From Emiliania huxleyi CCMP1516 (lineage: Eukaryota), in the NCBI RefSeq assembly GCF_000372725.1, contig NW_005201213.1, positions 1-64,000 of the forward strand: 64,000 nt of DNA, written 5' to 3'. The position numbers and the translations under genes were made by a program. Under the pieces are notes generated by a model. The model saw only the letters and a program-made list of their open reading frames with translations, was not told the DNA's origin and did no database searches. This document shows positions 12,701 through 25,800 of this stretch, one piece after another (position 1 is the first letter of the stretch; the number at the start of each line of letters is the position of its first letter).

Positions 12701-15700
12701 GCGCCCTCGGCGCAGTAGCTGCCCTCCACGCACGGAAGGCAGCTCGTCGCGTTCGACTCGCCCTGGTACGTCCCGCCCGCACAGCTGGCGCACTCGGAGA
12801 GGCCGGCCGTGGCGGCGAAAGAGCCCGGCGAGCACTCGGACGGCGGTGCCGCCCCGCCGCCGCACGACGAGCCGGCGGGGCAGTCGAGGCACTCGGGGTC
12901 GCCGCTCCGGTCGGTCAGCCTCGCGTACGTGCCCGCCTCGCACTGCGCGTCCAGCTCGCGCGACGACCCCACCGGGCAAAACTTGCCAGCAGCGCAGCGG
13001 ACGCAGGCGGCGGCGGCGGGCCGGTCCTGGTAGTACCCCTCGGGGCACAGCTCGCACGCGTCGTTGCGGGTGCCGTTGGCGAAGCTGCCCTCGCGGCACG
13101 CCGTCTGCTCGGTGGAGCCGGTGGTGGCGAAGTGGCCCGGCGTGGCGTCGGTGCACTCGCTCGCGTCGGTGAGGTTGGTGGCGCTCGAGTAGCTGCCAGC
13201 CTCGCACGGCAGCGCCGCAGCCGCGCCAACAGCGCAGTAGCTTCCCGCCTCGCACGGCTCGCACGCCGTCTTGCCTTCCTCGTCCTGGTACGTGCCGCCG
13301 GCGCAGGGCGTGCACGCGCCCTGCCCGTACGCGTCCGTGTACGACCCCTTGGCGCACGCCGTCTGCTGCGTGGAGCCGGTGGTGGCGAAGTGGCCCGGCG
13401 AGGCGTCGGTGCACTCGCCCGCGGCGGTGAGGTTGGTGGCGGTCGAGTAGCTGCCCGCAACGCACGGCAGCGGCGCCGACGCGCCCTCGGCGCAGTAGCT
13501 GCCCTCCACGCACGGAAGGCAGCTCGTCGCGTTCGACTCGCCCTGGTACGTCCCGCCCGCACAGCTGGCGCACTCGGAGAGGCCGGCCGTGGCGGCGAAA
13601 GAGCCCGGCGAGCACTCGGACGGCGGTGCCGCCCCGCCGCCGCACGACGAGCCGGCGGGGCAGTCGAGGCACTCGGGGTCGCCGCTCCGGTCGGTCAGCC
13701 TCGCGTACGTGCCCGCCTCGCACTGCGCGTCCAGCTCGCGCGACGACCCCACCGGGCAAAACTTGCCAGCAGCGCAGCGGACGCAGGCGGCGGCGGCGGG
13801 CTGGTCCTGGTAGTACCCCTCGGGGCACAGCTCGCACGCGTCGTTGCGGGTGCCGTTGGCGAAGCTGCCCTCGCGGCACGCCGTCTGCTCGGTGGAGCCG
13901 GTGGTGGCGAAGTGGCCCGGCGTGGCGTCGGTGCACTCGCTCGCGTCGGTGAGGTTGGTGGCGCTCGAGTAGCTGCCAGCCTCGCACGGCAGCGCCGCCG
14001 CCGCGCCAACAGCGCAGTGGCTTCCCGCCTCGCACGGCTCGCACGCCGTCTTGCCTTCCTCGTCCTGGTACGTGCCGCCGGCGCAGGGCGTGCACGCGCC
14101 CTGCCCGTACGCGTCCGTGTACGACCCCTTGGCGCACGCCGTCTGCTGCGTGGAGCCGGTGGTGGCGAAGTGGCCCGGCGAGGCGTCGGTGCACTCGCCC
14201 GCGGCGGTGAGGTTGGTGGCGGTCGAGTAGCTGCCCGCAACGCACGGCAGCGGCGCCGACGCGCCCTCGGCGCAGTAGCTGCCCTCCACGCACGGAAGGC
14301 AGCTCGTCGCGTTCGACTCGCCCTGGTACGTCCCGCCCGCACAGCTGGCGCACTTGGAGAGGCCGGCCGTGGCGGCGAAAGAGCCCGGCGAGCACTCGGA
14401 GGGCGGCGCCGACCCGCCGCCGCACGACGAGCCGGCGGGGCAGTCGAGGCACTCGGGGTCGCCGCTCCGGTCGGTCAGCCTCGCGTACGTGCCCGCCTCG
14501 CACTGCGCGTCCAGCTCGCGCGACGACCCCACCGGGCAAAACTTGCCAGCAGCGCAGCGGACGCAGGCGGCGGCGGCGGGCTGGTCCTGGTAGTACCCCT
14601 TGGCGCACAGCTCGCACGCGTCGTTGCGGGTGCCGTTGGCGAAGCTGCCCTCGCGGCACGCCGTCTGGTCGGTGGAGCCGGTGGTGGCGAAGTGGCCCGG
14701 CGTGGCGTGGGTGCACTCGCTCGCGTCGGTGAGGTTGGTGGCGCTCGAGTAGCTGCCAGCCTCGCACGGCAGCGCCGCCGCCGCGCCAACAGCGCAGTAG
14801 CTTCCCGCCTCGCACGGCTCGCACGCCGTCTTGCCTTCCTCGTCCTGGTACGTGCCGCCGGCGCAGGGCGTGCACGCGCCCTGCCCGTACGCGTCCGTGT
14901 ACGACCCCTTGGCGCACGACGTCTGCTGCGTGGAGCCGGTGGTGGCGAAGTGGCCCGGCGAGGCGTCGGTGCACTCGCCCGCGGCGGTGAGGTTGGTGGC
15001 GGTCGAGTAGCTGCCCGCAACGCACGGCAGCGGCGCCGACGCGCCCTCGGCGCAGTAGCTGCCCTCCACGCACGGAAGGCAGCTCGTCGCGTTCGACTCG
15101 CCCTGGTACGTCCCGCCCGCACAGCTGGCGCACTCGGAGAGGCCGGCCGTGGCGGCGAAAGAGCCCGGCGAGCACTCGGACGGCGGCGCCGCCCCGCCGC
15201 CGCACGACGAGCCGGCGGGGCAGTCGAGGCACTCGGGGTCGCCGCTCCGGTCGGTCAGCCTCGCGTACGTGCCCGCCTCGCACTGCGCGTCCAGCTCGCG
15301 CGACGACCCCACCGGGCAAAACTTGCCAGCAGCGCAGCGGACGCAGGCGGCGGCGGCGGGCTGGTCCTGGTAGTACCCCTCGGGGCACAGCTCGCACGCG
15401 TCGTTGCGGGTGCCGTTGGCGAAGCTGCCCTCGCGGCACGCCGTCTGCTCGGTGGAGCCGGTGGTGGCGAAGTGGCCCGGCGTGGCGTCGGTGCACTCGC
15501 TCGCGTCGGTGAGGTTGGTGGCGCTCGAGTAGCTGCCAGCCTCGCACGGCAGCGCCGCAGCCGCGCCAACAGCGCAGTAGCTTCCCGCCTCGCACGGCTC
15601 GCACGCCGTCTTGCCTTCCTCGTCCTGGTACGTGCCGCCGGCGCAGGGCGTGCACGCACCCTGCCCGTACGCGTCCGTGTACGACCCCTTGGCGCACGCC

Positions 15701-18700
15701 GTCTGCTGCGTGGAGCCGGTGGTGGCGAAGTGGCCCGGCGAGGCGTCGGTGCACTCGCCCGCGGCGGTGAGGTTGGTGGCGGTCGAGTAGCTGCCCGCAA
15801 CGCACGGCAGCGGCGCCGACGCGCCCTCGGCGCAGTAGCTGCCCTCCACGCACGGAAGGCAGCTCGTCGCGTTCGACTCGCCCTGGTACGTCCCGCCCGC
15901 ACAGCTGGCGCACTCGGAGAGGCCGGCCGTGGCGGCGAAAGAGCCCGGCGAGCACTCGGAGGGCGGCGCCGACCCGCCGCCGCACGACGAGCCGGCGGGG
16001 CAGTCGAGGCACTCGGGGTCGCCGCTCCGGTCGGTCAGCCTCGCGTACGTGCCCGCCTCGCACTGCGCGTCCAGCTCGCGCGACGACCCCACCGGGCAAA
16101 ACTTGCCAGCAGCGCAGCGGACGCAGGCGGCGGCGGCGGGCTGGTCTTGGTAGTACCCCTCGGGGCACAGCTCGCACGCGTCGTTGCGGGTGCCGTTGGC
16201 GAAGCTGCCCTCGCGGCACGCCGTCTGCTCGGTGGAGCCGGTGGTGGCGAAGTGGCCCGGCGAGGCGTCGGTGCACTCGCTCGCGTCGGTGAGGTTGGTG
16301 GCGCTCGAGTAGCTGCCAGCCTCGCACGGCAGCGCCGCCGCCGCGCCAACAGCGCAGTAGCTTCCCGCCTCGCACGGCTCGCACGCCGTCTTGCCTTCCT
16401 CGTCCTGGTACGTGCCGCCGGCGCAGGGCGTGCACGCGCCCTGCCCGTACGCGTCCGTGTACGACCCCTTGGCGCACGCCGTCTGCTGCGTGGAGCCGGT
16501 GGTGGCGAAGTGGCCCGGCGTGGCGTCGGTGCACTCGCTCGCGTCGGTGAGGTTGGTGGCGCTCGAGTAGCTGCCAGCCTCGCACGGCAGCGCCGCCGCC
16601 GCGCCAACAGCGCAGTAGCTTCCCGCCTCGCACGGCTCGCACGCCGTCTTGCCTTCCTCGTCCTGGTACGTGCCGCCGGCGCAGGGCGTGCACGCGCCCT
16701 GCCCGTACGCGTCCGTGTACGACCCCTTGGCGCACGCCGTCTGCTGCGTGGAGCCGGTGGTGGCGAAGTGGCCCGGCGAGGCGTCGGTGCACTCGCCCGC
16801 GGCGGTGAGGTTGGTGGCGGTCGAGTAGCTGCCCGCAACGCACGGCAGCGGCGCCGACGCGCCCTCGGCGCAGTAGCTGCCATCCACGCACGGAAGGCAG
16901 CTCGTCGCGTTCGACTCGCGCTGGTACGTCCCGCCCGCACAGCTGGCGCACTCGGAGAGGCCGGCCGTGGCGGCGAAAGAGCCCGGCGAGCACTCGGAGG
17001 GCGGCGCCGCCCCGCCGCCGCACGACGAGCCGGCGGGGCAGTCGAGGCACTCGGGGTCGCCGCTCCGGTCGGTCAGCCTGGCGTACGTGCCCGCCTCGCA
17101 CTGCGCGTCCAGCTCGCGCGACGACCCCACCGGGCAAAACTTGCCAGCAGCGCAGCGGACGCAGGCGGCGGCGGCGGGCTGGTCCTGGTAGTACCCCTCG
17201 GGGCACAGCTCGCACGCGTCGTTGCGGGTGCCGTTGGCGAAGCTGCCCTCGCGGCACGCCGTCTGGTCGGTGGAGCCGGTGGTGGCGAAGTGGCCCGGCG
17301 AAGCGTCGGTGCACCCGCTCGCGTCGGTGAGGTTGGTGGCGCTCGAGTAGCTGCCAGCCTCGCACGGCAGCGCCGCCGCCGCGCCAACAGCGCAGTAGCT
17401 TCCCGCCTCGCACGGCTCGCACGCCGTCTTGCCTTCCTCGTCCTGGTACGTGCCGCCGGCGCAGGGCGTGCACGCGCCCTGCCCGTACGCGTCCGTGTAC
17501 GACCCCTTGGCGCACGCCGTCTGCTGCGTGGAGCCGGTGGTGGCGAAGTGGCCCGGCGAGGCGTCGGTGCACTCGCCCGCGGCGGTGAGGTTGGTGGCGG
17601 TCGAGTAGCTGCCCGCAACGCACGGCAGCGGCGCCGACGCGCCCTCGGCGCAGTAGCTGCCCTCCACGCACGGAAGGCAGCCCGTCGCGTTCGACTCGCC
17701 CTGGTGCGTCCCGCCCGCACAGCTGGCGCACTCGGAGAGGCCGGCCGTGGCGGCGAAAGAGCCCGGCGAGCACTCGGAGGGCGGCGCCGCCCCGCCGCCG
17801 CACGACGAGCCGGCGGGGCAGTCGAGGCACTCGGGGTCGCCGCTCCGGTCGGTCAGCCTCGCGTACGTGCCCGCCTCGCACTGCGCGTCCAGCTCGCGCG
17901 ACGAGCCCTGAGGGCAAAACTTGCCAGCAGCGCAGCGGACGCAGGCGGCGGCGGCGGGCCGGTCCTGGTAGTGCCCCTCGGGGCACAGCTCGCACGCGTC
18001 GTTGCGGGTGCCGTTGGCGAAGCTGCCCTCGCGGCACGCCGTCTGCTCGGTGGAGCCGGTGGTGGCGAAGTGGCCCGGCGTGGCGTCGGTGCACTCGCTC
18101 GCGTCGGTGAGGTTGGTGGCGCTCGAGTAGCTGCCAGCCTCGCACGGCAGCGCCGCCGCCGCACCAACAGCGCAGTGGCTTCCCGCCTCGCACGGCTCGC
18201 ACGCCGTCTTGCCTTCCTCGTCCTGGTACGTGCCGCCGGCGCAGGGCGTGCACTCGCCCTGCCCGTACGCGTCCGTGTACGACCCCTTGGCGCACGCCGT
18301 CTGCTGCGTGGAGCCGGTGGTGGCGAAGTGGCCCGGCGAGGCGTCGGTGCACTCGCCCGCGGCGGTGAGGTTGGTGGCGGTCGAGTAGCTGCCCGCAACG
18401 CACGGCAGCGGCGCCGACGCGCCCTCGGCGCAGTAGCTGCCCTCCACGCACGGAAGGCAGCTCGTCGCGTTCGACTCGCCCTGGTACGTCCCGCCCGCAC
18501 AGCTGGCGCACTCGGAGAGGCCGGCCGTGGCGGCGAAAGAGCCCGGCGAGCACTCGGACGGCGGCGCCGCCCCGCCGCCGCACGACGAGCCGGCGGGGCA
18601 GTCGAGGCACTCGGGGTCGCCGCTCCGGTCGGTCAGCCTCGCGTACGTGCCCGCCTCGCACTGCGCGTCCAGCTCGCGCGACGACCCCACCGGGCAAAAC

Positions 18701-21700
18701 TTGCCAGCAGCGCAGCGGACGCAGGCGGCGGCGGCGGGCCGGTCCTGGTAGTGCCCCTCGGGGCACAGCTCGCACGCGTCGTTGCGGGTGCCGTTGGCGA
18801 AGCTGCCCTCGCGGCACGCCGTCTGCTCGGTGGAGCCGGTGGTGGCGAAGTGGCCCGGCGTGGCGTCGGTGCACTCGCTCGCGTCGGTGAGGTTGGTGGC
18901 GCTCGAGTAGCTGCCAGCCTCGCACGGCAGCGCCGCCGCCGCGCCAACAGCGCAGTGGCTTCCCGCCTCGCACGGCTCGCACGCCGTCTTGCCTTCCTCG
19001 TCCTGGTACGTGCCGCCGGCGCAGGGCGTGCACGCGCCCTGCCCGTACGCGTCCGTGTACGACCCCTTGGCGCACGCCGTCTGCTGCGTGGAGCCGGGGG
19101 TGGCGAAGTGGCCCGGCGAGGCGTCGGTGCACTCGCCCGCGGCGGTGAGGTTGGTGGCGGTCGAGTAGCTGCCCGCAACGCAAGGCAGCGGCGCCGACGC
19201 GCCCTCGGCGCAGTAGCTGCCCTCCACGCACGGAAGGCAGCTCGTCGCGTTCGACTCGCCCTGGTACGTCCCGCCCGCACAGCTGGCGCACTCGGAGAGG
19301 CCGGCCGTGGCGGCGAAAGAGCCCGGCGAGCACTCGGAGGGCGGCGCCGCCCCGCCGCCGCACGACGAGCCGGCGGGGCAGTCGAGGCACTCGGGGTCGC
19401 CGCTCCGGTCGGTCAGCCTCGCGTACGTGCCCGCCTCGCACTGCGCGTCCAGCTCGCGCGACGAGCCCTGAGGGCAAAACTTGCCAGCAGCGCAGCGGAC
19501 GCAGGCGGCTGCGCCAATATCGCTCTGGTAGTAGCCCTGCGGGCAATTCTGGCAGGCCTGCTCACCCTTCCCAGATGCGAAGCTGCCGGCGCGGCAAGGC
19601 ACACAGGTAGCGTTTTTGCTAGCCTCGATGCCAGAGCTCGAGGTGCCGGCGGGGCAGAGAAGGCACGATTCTATTGAGGTGGATTTGGTTTCCGGGTTGT
19701 AGCTGCCGGCGGGGCACGCCTGCCGCACCATGCTCCCGTCCACCACCTCGCAGTAGCCGCCCGACTTGCAAACCTCACATTCCGAGCTCCCGGTGTTGGC
19801 CGAGTGGGTCCCTGTTGGGCAGGTTGTGCAGCTCGGCTGGCCGGGCTTCGACTGGTACTGCCCGCGGGGACAATCAAGGCAGTCTTCTGCTTTGGACGCT
19901 CCAAAGAGCGGCATGTAAGTCCCGTTGGCGCAAGGCGTCGGGTTAACGGTCCTCTCCCCGCAGTAATAACCTGGCGGGCAGATGTTGCTGCACCTGGCGG
20001 TAATCAGGTCGGCTGCAATGCCGTAGTACCGTTCGGGACAGGCGTTGCAGCCGAGCACGTCGCCCTCGAATACGCCACGAGTGGGCATCCATTCGCCGAG
20101 CGGGCAGGGGTGCCAGCTTAGTTGGGAGACGGCTGTGATCGTGACCCCGTCACTGTCAGCGACGTTGCTCTCAAAAAGCGAGTCGGCCACCGACCCCTGC
20201 ATCGAATCCGAGCCGCTGTAGTAGAAGGCGGAGGCCGAGGCTGCCCGGTTCTCGCTCACGTTCGACCGCACGAGGGTTGCACTGCCCGTGCTGCTCTCGT
20301 ACTGGATTCCTCCGCCGCTGTTCGCTGCGATGCTGTTGCTCACCCCACTGTCTGTCAGCGAAAGCGCTCCACTGTCGGCCATGGCGATGCCGCCGCCATT
20401 GGCGCCGGCGGAGCAGTCTGTAATGCTCGAGCTAGTAGTAAGCGCAAGCGCGCCGCTCTGCCGGATTGAGATGCCGCCGCCGCTGCCCGCGGCACGGCAG
20501 CCAGAGAGGCTCGACCTCTCGAGCTCGACATCGCCGCTGTTCTCCATGGCGATGCCGCCGCCGTCTCCACCGGACTCGCTATCCTCGATGCTCGAGTCTT
20601 TCAATTTGAGGGAGCCCGCACCGGAGCCTCGGATGGCGCCGCCGTCGCCATCGGTGTAGCCGTTGACGAGCGTCAGCCCCTGGAGGGTGAGGTTGCAGCC
20701 GCCAGACATAGAAAAGAGCCGCGACCGGCCCTGGCCATCGAGGGTCGCGCCAACTCCGCTGCTGCGAACAACAAGCGCGACATTGCCGCTGCACTTGGAG
20801 TCCAGCGTGGATCTCAGCATGATGTGGGCGCCGGGCGCGACGAAGATGTGCGCCTGGCCGTTGGCAATCAAGGAGCGAAGCTCGCTTTCTGTCTGTGCGG
20901 ACGCTTCGTTGGGCCGGAGCGGCGGTAGTGGTGAGGTCGGTGGGGACGAGGGCGGCGGCGGCGGCGGCGGCGAGGTCGGTGGGGACGAGGGCGGCGGCAG
21001 CGACGGCGGCGACGGCGGGACCGGCGGCGGGACCGGCGCCTTGGCCGGAGGGTACGGCGGCAGAGACGGAGGCACAGACTGCGAGAAGGAGACGTCGTCC
21101 AGCGCCATGTCCGACCTGGAGCCCGACCCCGTCAAGCCGTTGAAGCGCACCTTCGTCGTCGAGGCGGGTAGGACGACCGCCGCGCCGGACCAGGCGTCGC
21201 CCTGGTCGCCGGTCCTGCTCCAGAGTGTCGACCATCCCGTCTCGTCGTTGTTGGCCTGGACGGAGAGGGTGCCCATGTCCAAGCCGTACATGTGGTAGAA
21301 GAAGGAGAGGGTGGCGTCCTGCTGGAGCGAGAAGCGCGGGCTCTCGAGCTGGTGCAGCTTGTTGTAGGGCGAGTCATCTCCGTAGTGGTATTCATAGTCG
21401 CCTTCGGTGTAGACGTAGTAGCCCGAGCCGGTGGTGTGGTCGCTGCTCGGGCCTGTGTTTGATGATGACGTGCCGCCGCTCTTGCGGTACCAATAAGCCC
21501 CGACCGGCAAATCCCATCCGAGGTTGGTCCAGGCGCAAATGTCGACCTCGAAATCGCAGCTCAGCTGCACCATGTCGGGTAGAAGAGGCGGAGGAGAGGG
21601 CGGCGGAGGCGGAGAGGACGGTGGAGAGGGCGGCGGCGGCGGCGATGAGGGCGACGGCGGCAAGGACGGCGGCGTCGGCGGCGTAGAGGGCGGAGACGGC

Positions 21701-22787
21701 AAGGACGGCGGCGACGGCGGCGGCGACGGCGGTGCAAACTGCGAGAAGGAGACGTCGTCCAGCGCCATGTCCGACCTGTCCGACCAACTAGACCCCGTCA
21801 AGCCGTTGAAGCGCACCTTCGTCGTCGAGGCGGGCAGGAGGATCGCCGCGTCGAGCCAGCTATTGCCCTGGTTACCAGTCCTGCTCCAGAGCGTGGACCA
21901 GCCCGTCTCATTGTTGTAGGCCTCGATGGAGAGGGTGCCTATCTCATTGCTGTACCAGTACCCGTCGTACATGTGGTAGAAGAAGGAGAGGGTGGCGTCC
22001 TGCTGGAGCGAGAAGCGCGGGCTCTCGAGCTGGTGCAGCTTGTTGGAGCGCGAGGTCGCCTCGGTGAAGAGGTAGTAGCCCGAGCCGGTGGTGTGGTCGC
22101 CGCTAGGGCCTGTGTATGACGATGGCGTGCTGCCGCTCGTGCGGGTCCAAGAGAACCCGTCCGGCGCGGTGTCGATCCAGGCGCAAATGTCGACCTCGAA
22201 ATCGCAGCTCACCATGTCGGGTAGAAGAGGCGGCGGAGTGGGCGGCGGCGGCAAGGGCGGCAGCGGCGGCGGCGTAGAGGGCGGAGACGGCAAGGACGGC
22301 GGCGACGGCGGCGGCGGCGGCGGCGGCGGTGAAGGCGGTGATGGCGGTGATGGCGGTGATAGCGGCGGAGCGAGAGGCGGTGATGGCGGTGAAGGCGGCG
22401 GGGTCGCCCAACAGATCTGACGGCAGAGGGAGGAGGGCATCAGAGAGGAGAAAGAAGGGGAGCGAGAGGGACCAGGGGCGCGCCTTCCAGCCCGACCCGA
22501 CTACGCTGCCATCCGATCGCCACTCGATGACGCCGTCCTCCGCCACCGCGCCACTCGGCCCCGACGTGCCGCAGTACTTCTTGCCGTTGACGGTGAGATA
22601 GTCACAACCGCAGCTGCCGCATTGCTCCACATCAAAGGCGACCGTCTCCAGCTCGTATGGCGGCACGCCGCTGATGGTGCACTCCTCGTTCCTGCCATAG
22701 CTGTTCGGGTAGTTTGGCGACGCGGCGCACAAGCCGCCGTCGGTGAGCGAGCACGGGCCGGTGATGAAGTAGCCGCCAGGGAGGAGC

Positions 22788-22818
<31 letters not shown>

Positions 22819-25800
22819 GCGGTGCAAACTGCGAGAAGGAGACGTCGTCCAGCGCCATGTCCGACCTGACAGGTGTGTAGCCACTAGACCCCGTCAAGCC
22901 GTTGAAGCGCACCTTCGTCGTCGAGGCGGGCAGGAGGATCGCCGCGTCGAGCCAGCTATTGCCCTGGTTACCAGTCCTGCTCCAGAGCGTGGACCAGCCC
23001 GTCTCATTGTTGTAGGCCTCGATGGAGAGGGTGCCCATCTCATTGCTGAACGTGAACCCGTCGTACATGTGGTAGAAGAAGGAGAGGGTGGCGTCCTGCT
23101 GGAGCGAGAAGCGCGGGCTCTCGAGCTGGTGCAGCTTGTTGGAGCGCGAGGTCGCCTCGGTGAAGAGGTAGTAGCCCGAGCCGGTGGTGTGGTCGCCGCT
23201 AGGGCCTGTGTATGACGATGGCGTGCTGCCGCTCGTGCGGGTCCAAGAGAACCCGTCCGGCGCGGTGTCGATCCAGGCGCAAATGTCGACCTCGAAATCG
23301 CAGCTCACCATGTCGGGTAGAAGAGGCGGCGGAGTGGGCGGCGGCGGCAAGGGCGGCAGCGGCGGCGGCGTAGAGGGCGGAGACGGCAAGGACGGCGGCG
23401 ACGGCGGCGACAGCGGCGGCGGCGGTGAAGGCGGTGATGGCGGTGATGGCGGTGGTGGCGGGGAGGGAGAGGCGGAGGGAGGCGCCGCCGGCGGCTTGGG
23501 ACTGGCGCGCGCGTACACGCGGGTGATCATGCTCGAGCACGACTTGGACGACGAGCCGTAGTACAGGGTGCTGCAGCTGCTGTCGCCCGAGTTGCAGTTC
23601 GACTGGCCGTAGACGCCCGTGCCCGAGCAGACGCCGGTGGAGCCGGAGACCGTGTTCTGCTGGTCGCCGTCGATGATCACGCCGCTGCCGCCCATCCACG
23701 CGAAGTCGTCCGAGGCCAGAGCCGAGCCGGAGGCGCCGACGGAGCCGGTCCAGTACACGGTGGTCGAGGTGCCGACCCACGTGCCGCTCATGGTGACGGG
23801 GCTGCTGAGGAGCGAGCCCGAGGCGGACCATGTGACGGGGATGCCGCCCAAGTTGGCCGCGGCGAGGGTGGCGCCGATCGTGCGGTCCGTGTCGAACTTG
23901 TACTCGAGCGTCAGGTCGGGGCCAGTGCTGCCGTCGCAGTAGAACTCCTGCTCCCACGTGTCGGTCGTGTCGGTGACGCAGTCGGTGCAGACCAGCGGCG
24001 AGGTCGACGTCGCGAAATTGGACGGCTCCGGGCCGTACGGCAGGCTCTCGGCGCACCTGGAGCCGCTGGTGACGGCGAACTGGACCAGCACCTTGGGCGG
24101 CGGCGCGGGCGAAGCGAAGACGTAGAACTTGCACACCGTCAGCCCCGCCGCAGACGGCCGGTTGAGGTAGATGTAGCGCCCCAACGCGTTGATCTCCACC
24201 TCCAACATCACGTTCGACAACACGCTCACGTCCGACTTCACCAGCGCGTTGCCCGTGTACGTCTCCGCCGTCGAGCCGAGATAGATGTCGACGTCCGTCA
24301 GCCGCTCCGCGCAGCAGTCGTTGCGGTTCTGCAGCCGCACGTAGCGCACATACACCTCGCTCCCGAGGTCGACGCCCCACCATTGGCTTGTGTAGTGGCC
24401 GCACTCGGCCCACGGCCGTCCCGTCGTGCTGTCGGCGTATGACAGGTCGCTCACGGGCGCCTGCTTGTCGAACAAGCTCGAGTCCTGGTACGTGGTGGCG
24501 GCGCGGAGGTCGAGCAGCTGCACGTCAGGCGGCGGCGGCGACGGCGAGGCGGACGGCGGCGGCGCAGGGTGAGGCGGCGCAGCCCAGCACACCTACCTCG
24601 AGGTACACATGAACATGACATGACATGACATGACATGAACATGAACATGAACATGAACATGAACATGAACATGAGCGTGGGGGGGTGGGGGGGCTGGGCA
24701 CCAGGGCTGGGTGAAGCGCGAGAGCTGAGGAGGTGCATTGGGGAGCGAGAGATTTCAGTGCGCGCGGCCTGCAGGCAGAAGATGAACACAATGCCAACTC
24801 GGAGAGCACGCGTGCTGGAGAGCAAGGGTACGGAGATCGCTGCGTGGCCGCGGCCCTCCACCCTCTTCTTCTTGACCTGTCCACGCAGCAGCAGCCCAAG
24901 GCACGCCGCGAGGAGCAGCGCCAGCACGGCCGCACAAGAGTGGAGAAAGAGCAGCGAGGCCGCATCGATCTCTGAGAGGGCCGTGGCGTTCCTGAAGCTC
25001 GTCTCGAGTGAGGGGTAACCGATCTTGGTCGCGCCGGAAGTCTCGTCAAAGGGGGCGAGCTCGGCGTAGGCGCCCATGTTGAGCTTGGAGGTGGTTGGGT
25101 AGACGTTGGAGTGGGCCGTGGCGGTCATGGAGCCTGCCTCGTCCGTCGTGGAGCCCGGAGCAGGCTCGTTCTGAGGGGAGGGGGGGAGGTTGGAGCGGAG
25201 AGGCGGCGACGGCGCGCAGCGGAGGCGCCGATGTGGGGCCGACGGTGTGGGAGCGGGGAGCGAGGGCGGGGCGAAGAGGGGGCGAGAGGGGGTGGAGGGC
25301 GGCGCAGGGGAGGGCGGCGGAGCAGGGAGAGGCGGCAAGGGAGTTTGGGGGAGGNNNNNNNNNNNNNNNNNNNNNNNNNNNNNNNNNNNNNNNNNNNNNN
25401 NNNNNNNNNNNNNNNNNNNNNNNNNNNNNNNNNNNNNNNNNNNNNNNNNNNNNNGCGGCGGGGGAGCGGCGGCAAGGGAGGTGGGGAGGGCGGCGGGGGA
25501 GGCCGGCCGGCAAGGGATGGTGTTGGGGTGGGTGGAGGGGCGGGAGGTGGCGGTGGGTGAAGAGAACAGAGAGAGAACTGAGTCGCACACCTTTGTGTCC
25601 GTCTCGTCGGCCTCGATCTTGGAGTGGGCCGTGGCGGATTTGAAGTCCGTCTCGTTGCTCGTGGAGCCCGAGGCCTCGATCGGATCCTTAGAGACGCAAA
25701 GCTCGGCGAGCGGCTGCGGCGGCGCCGCGCACCACACAGGGGCGCCGCCGCCGCACGTGACACCGACGGAGTTGGCGGTGGAGTCGGCGAGCGAGACGTC

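Noticed and set aside
11105..19510. CRISPR-like or satellite interpretation of the array
   Set aside because: There are no unique spacers. The unit is 780 bp, in frame and protein-coding.
9682..19677. 3331-aa plus-strand ORF and 3101-aa alternative-frame minus ORF
   Set aside because: Arg/Ala/Gly-rich shadows of the GC-rich coding repeat. One stop-free unit is simply propagated through the array.
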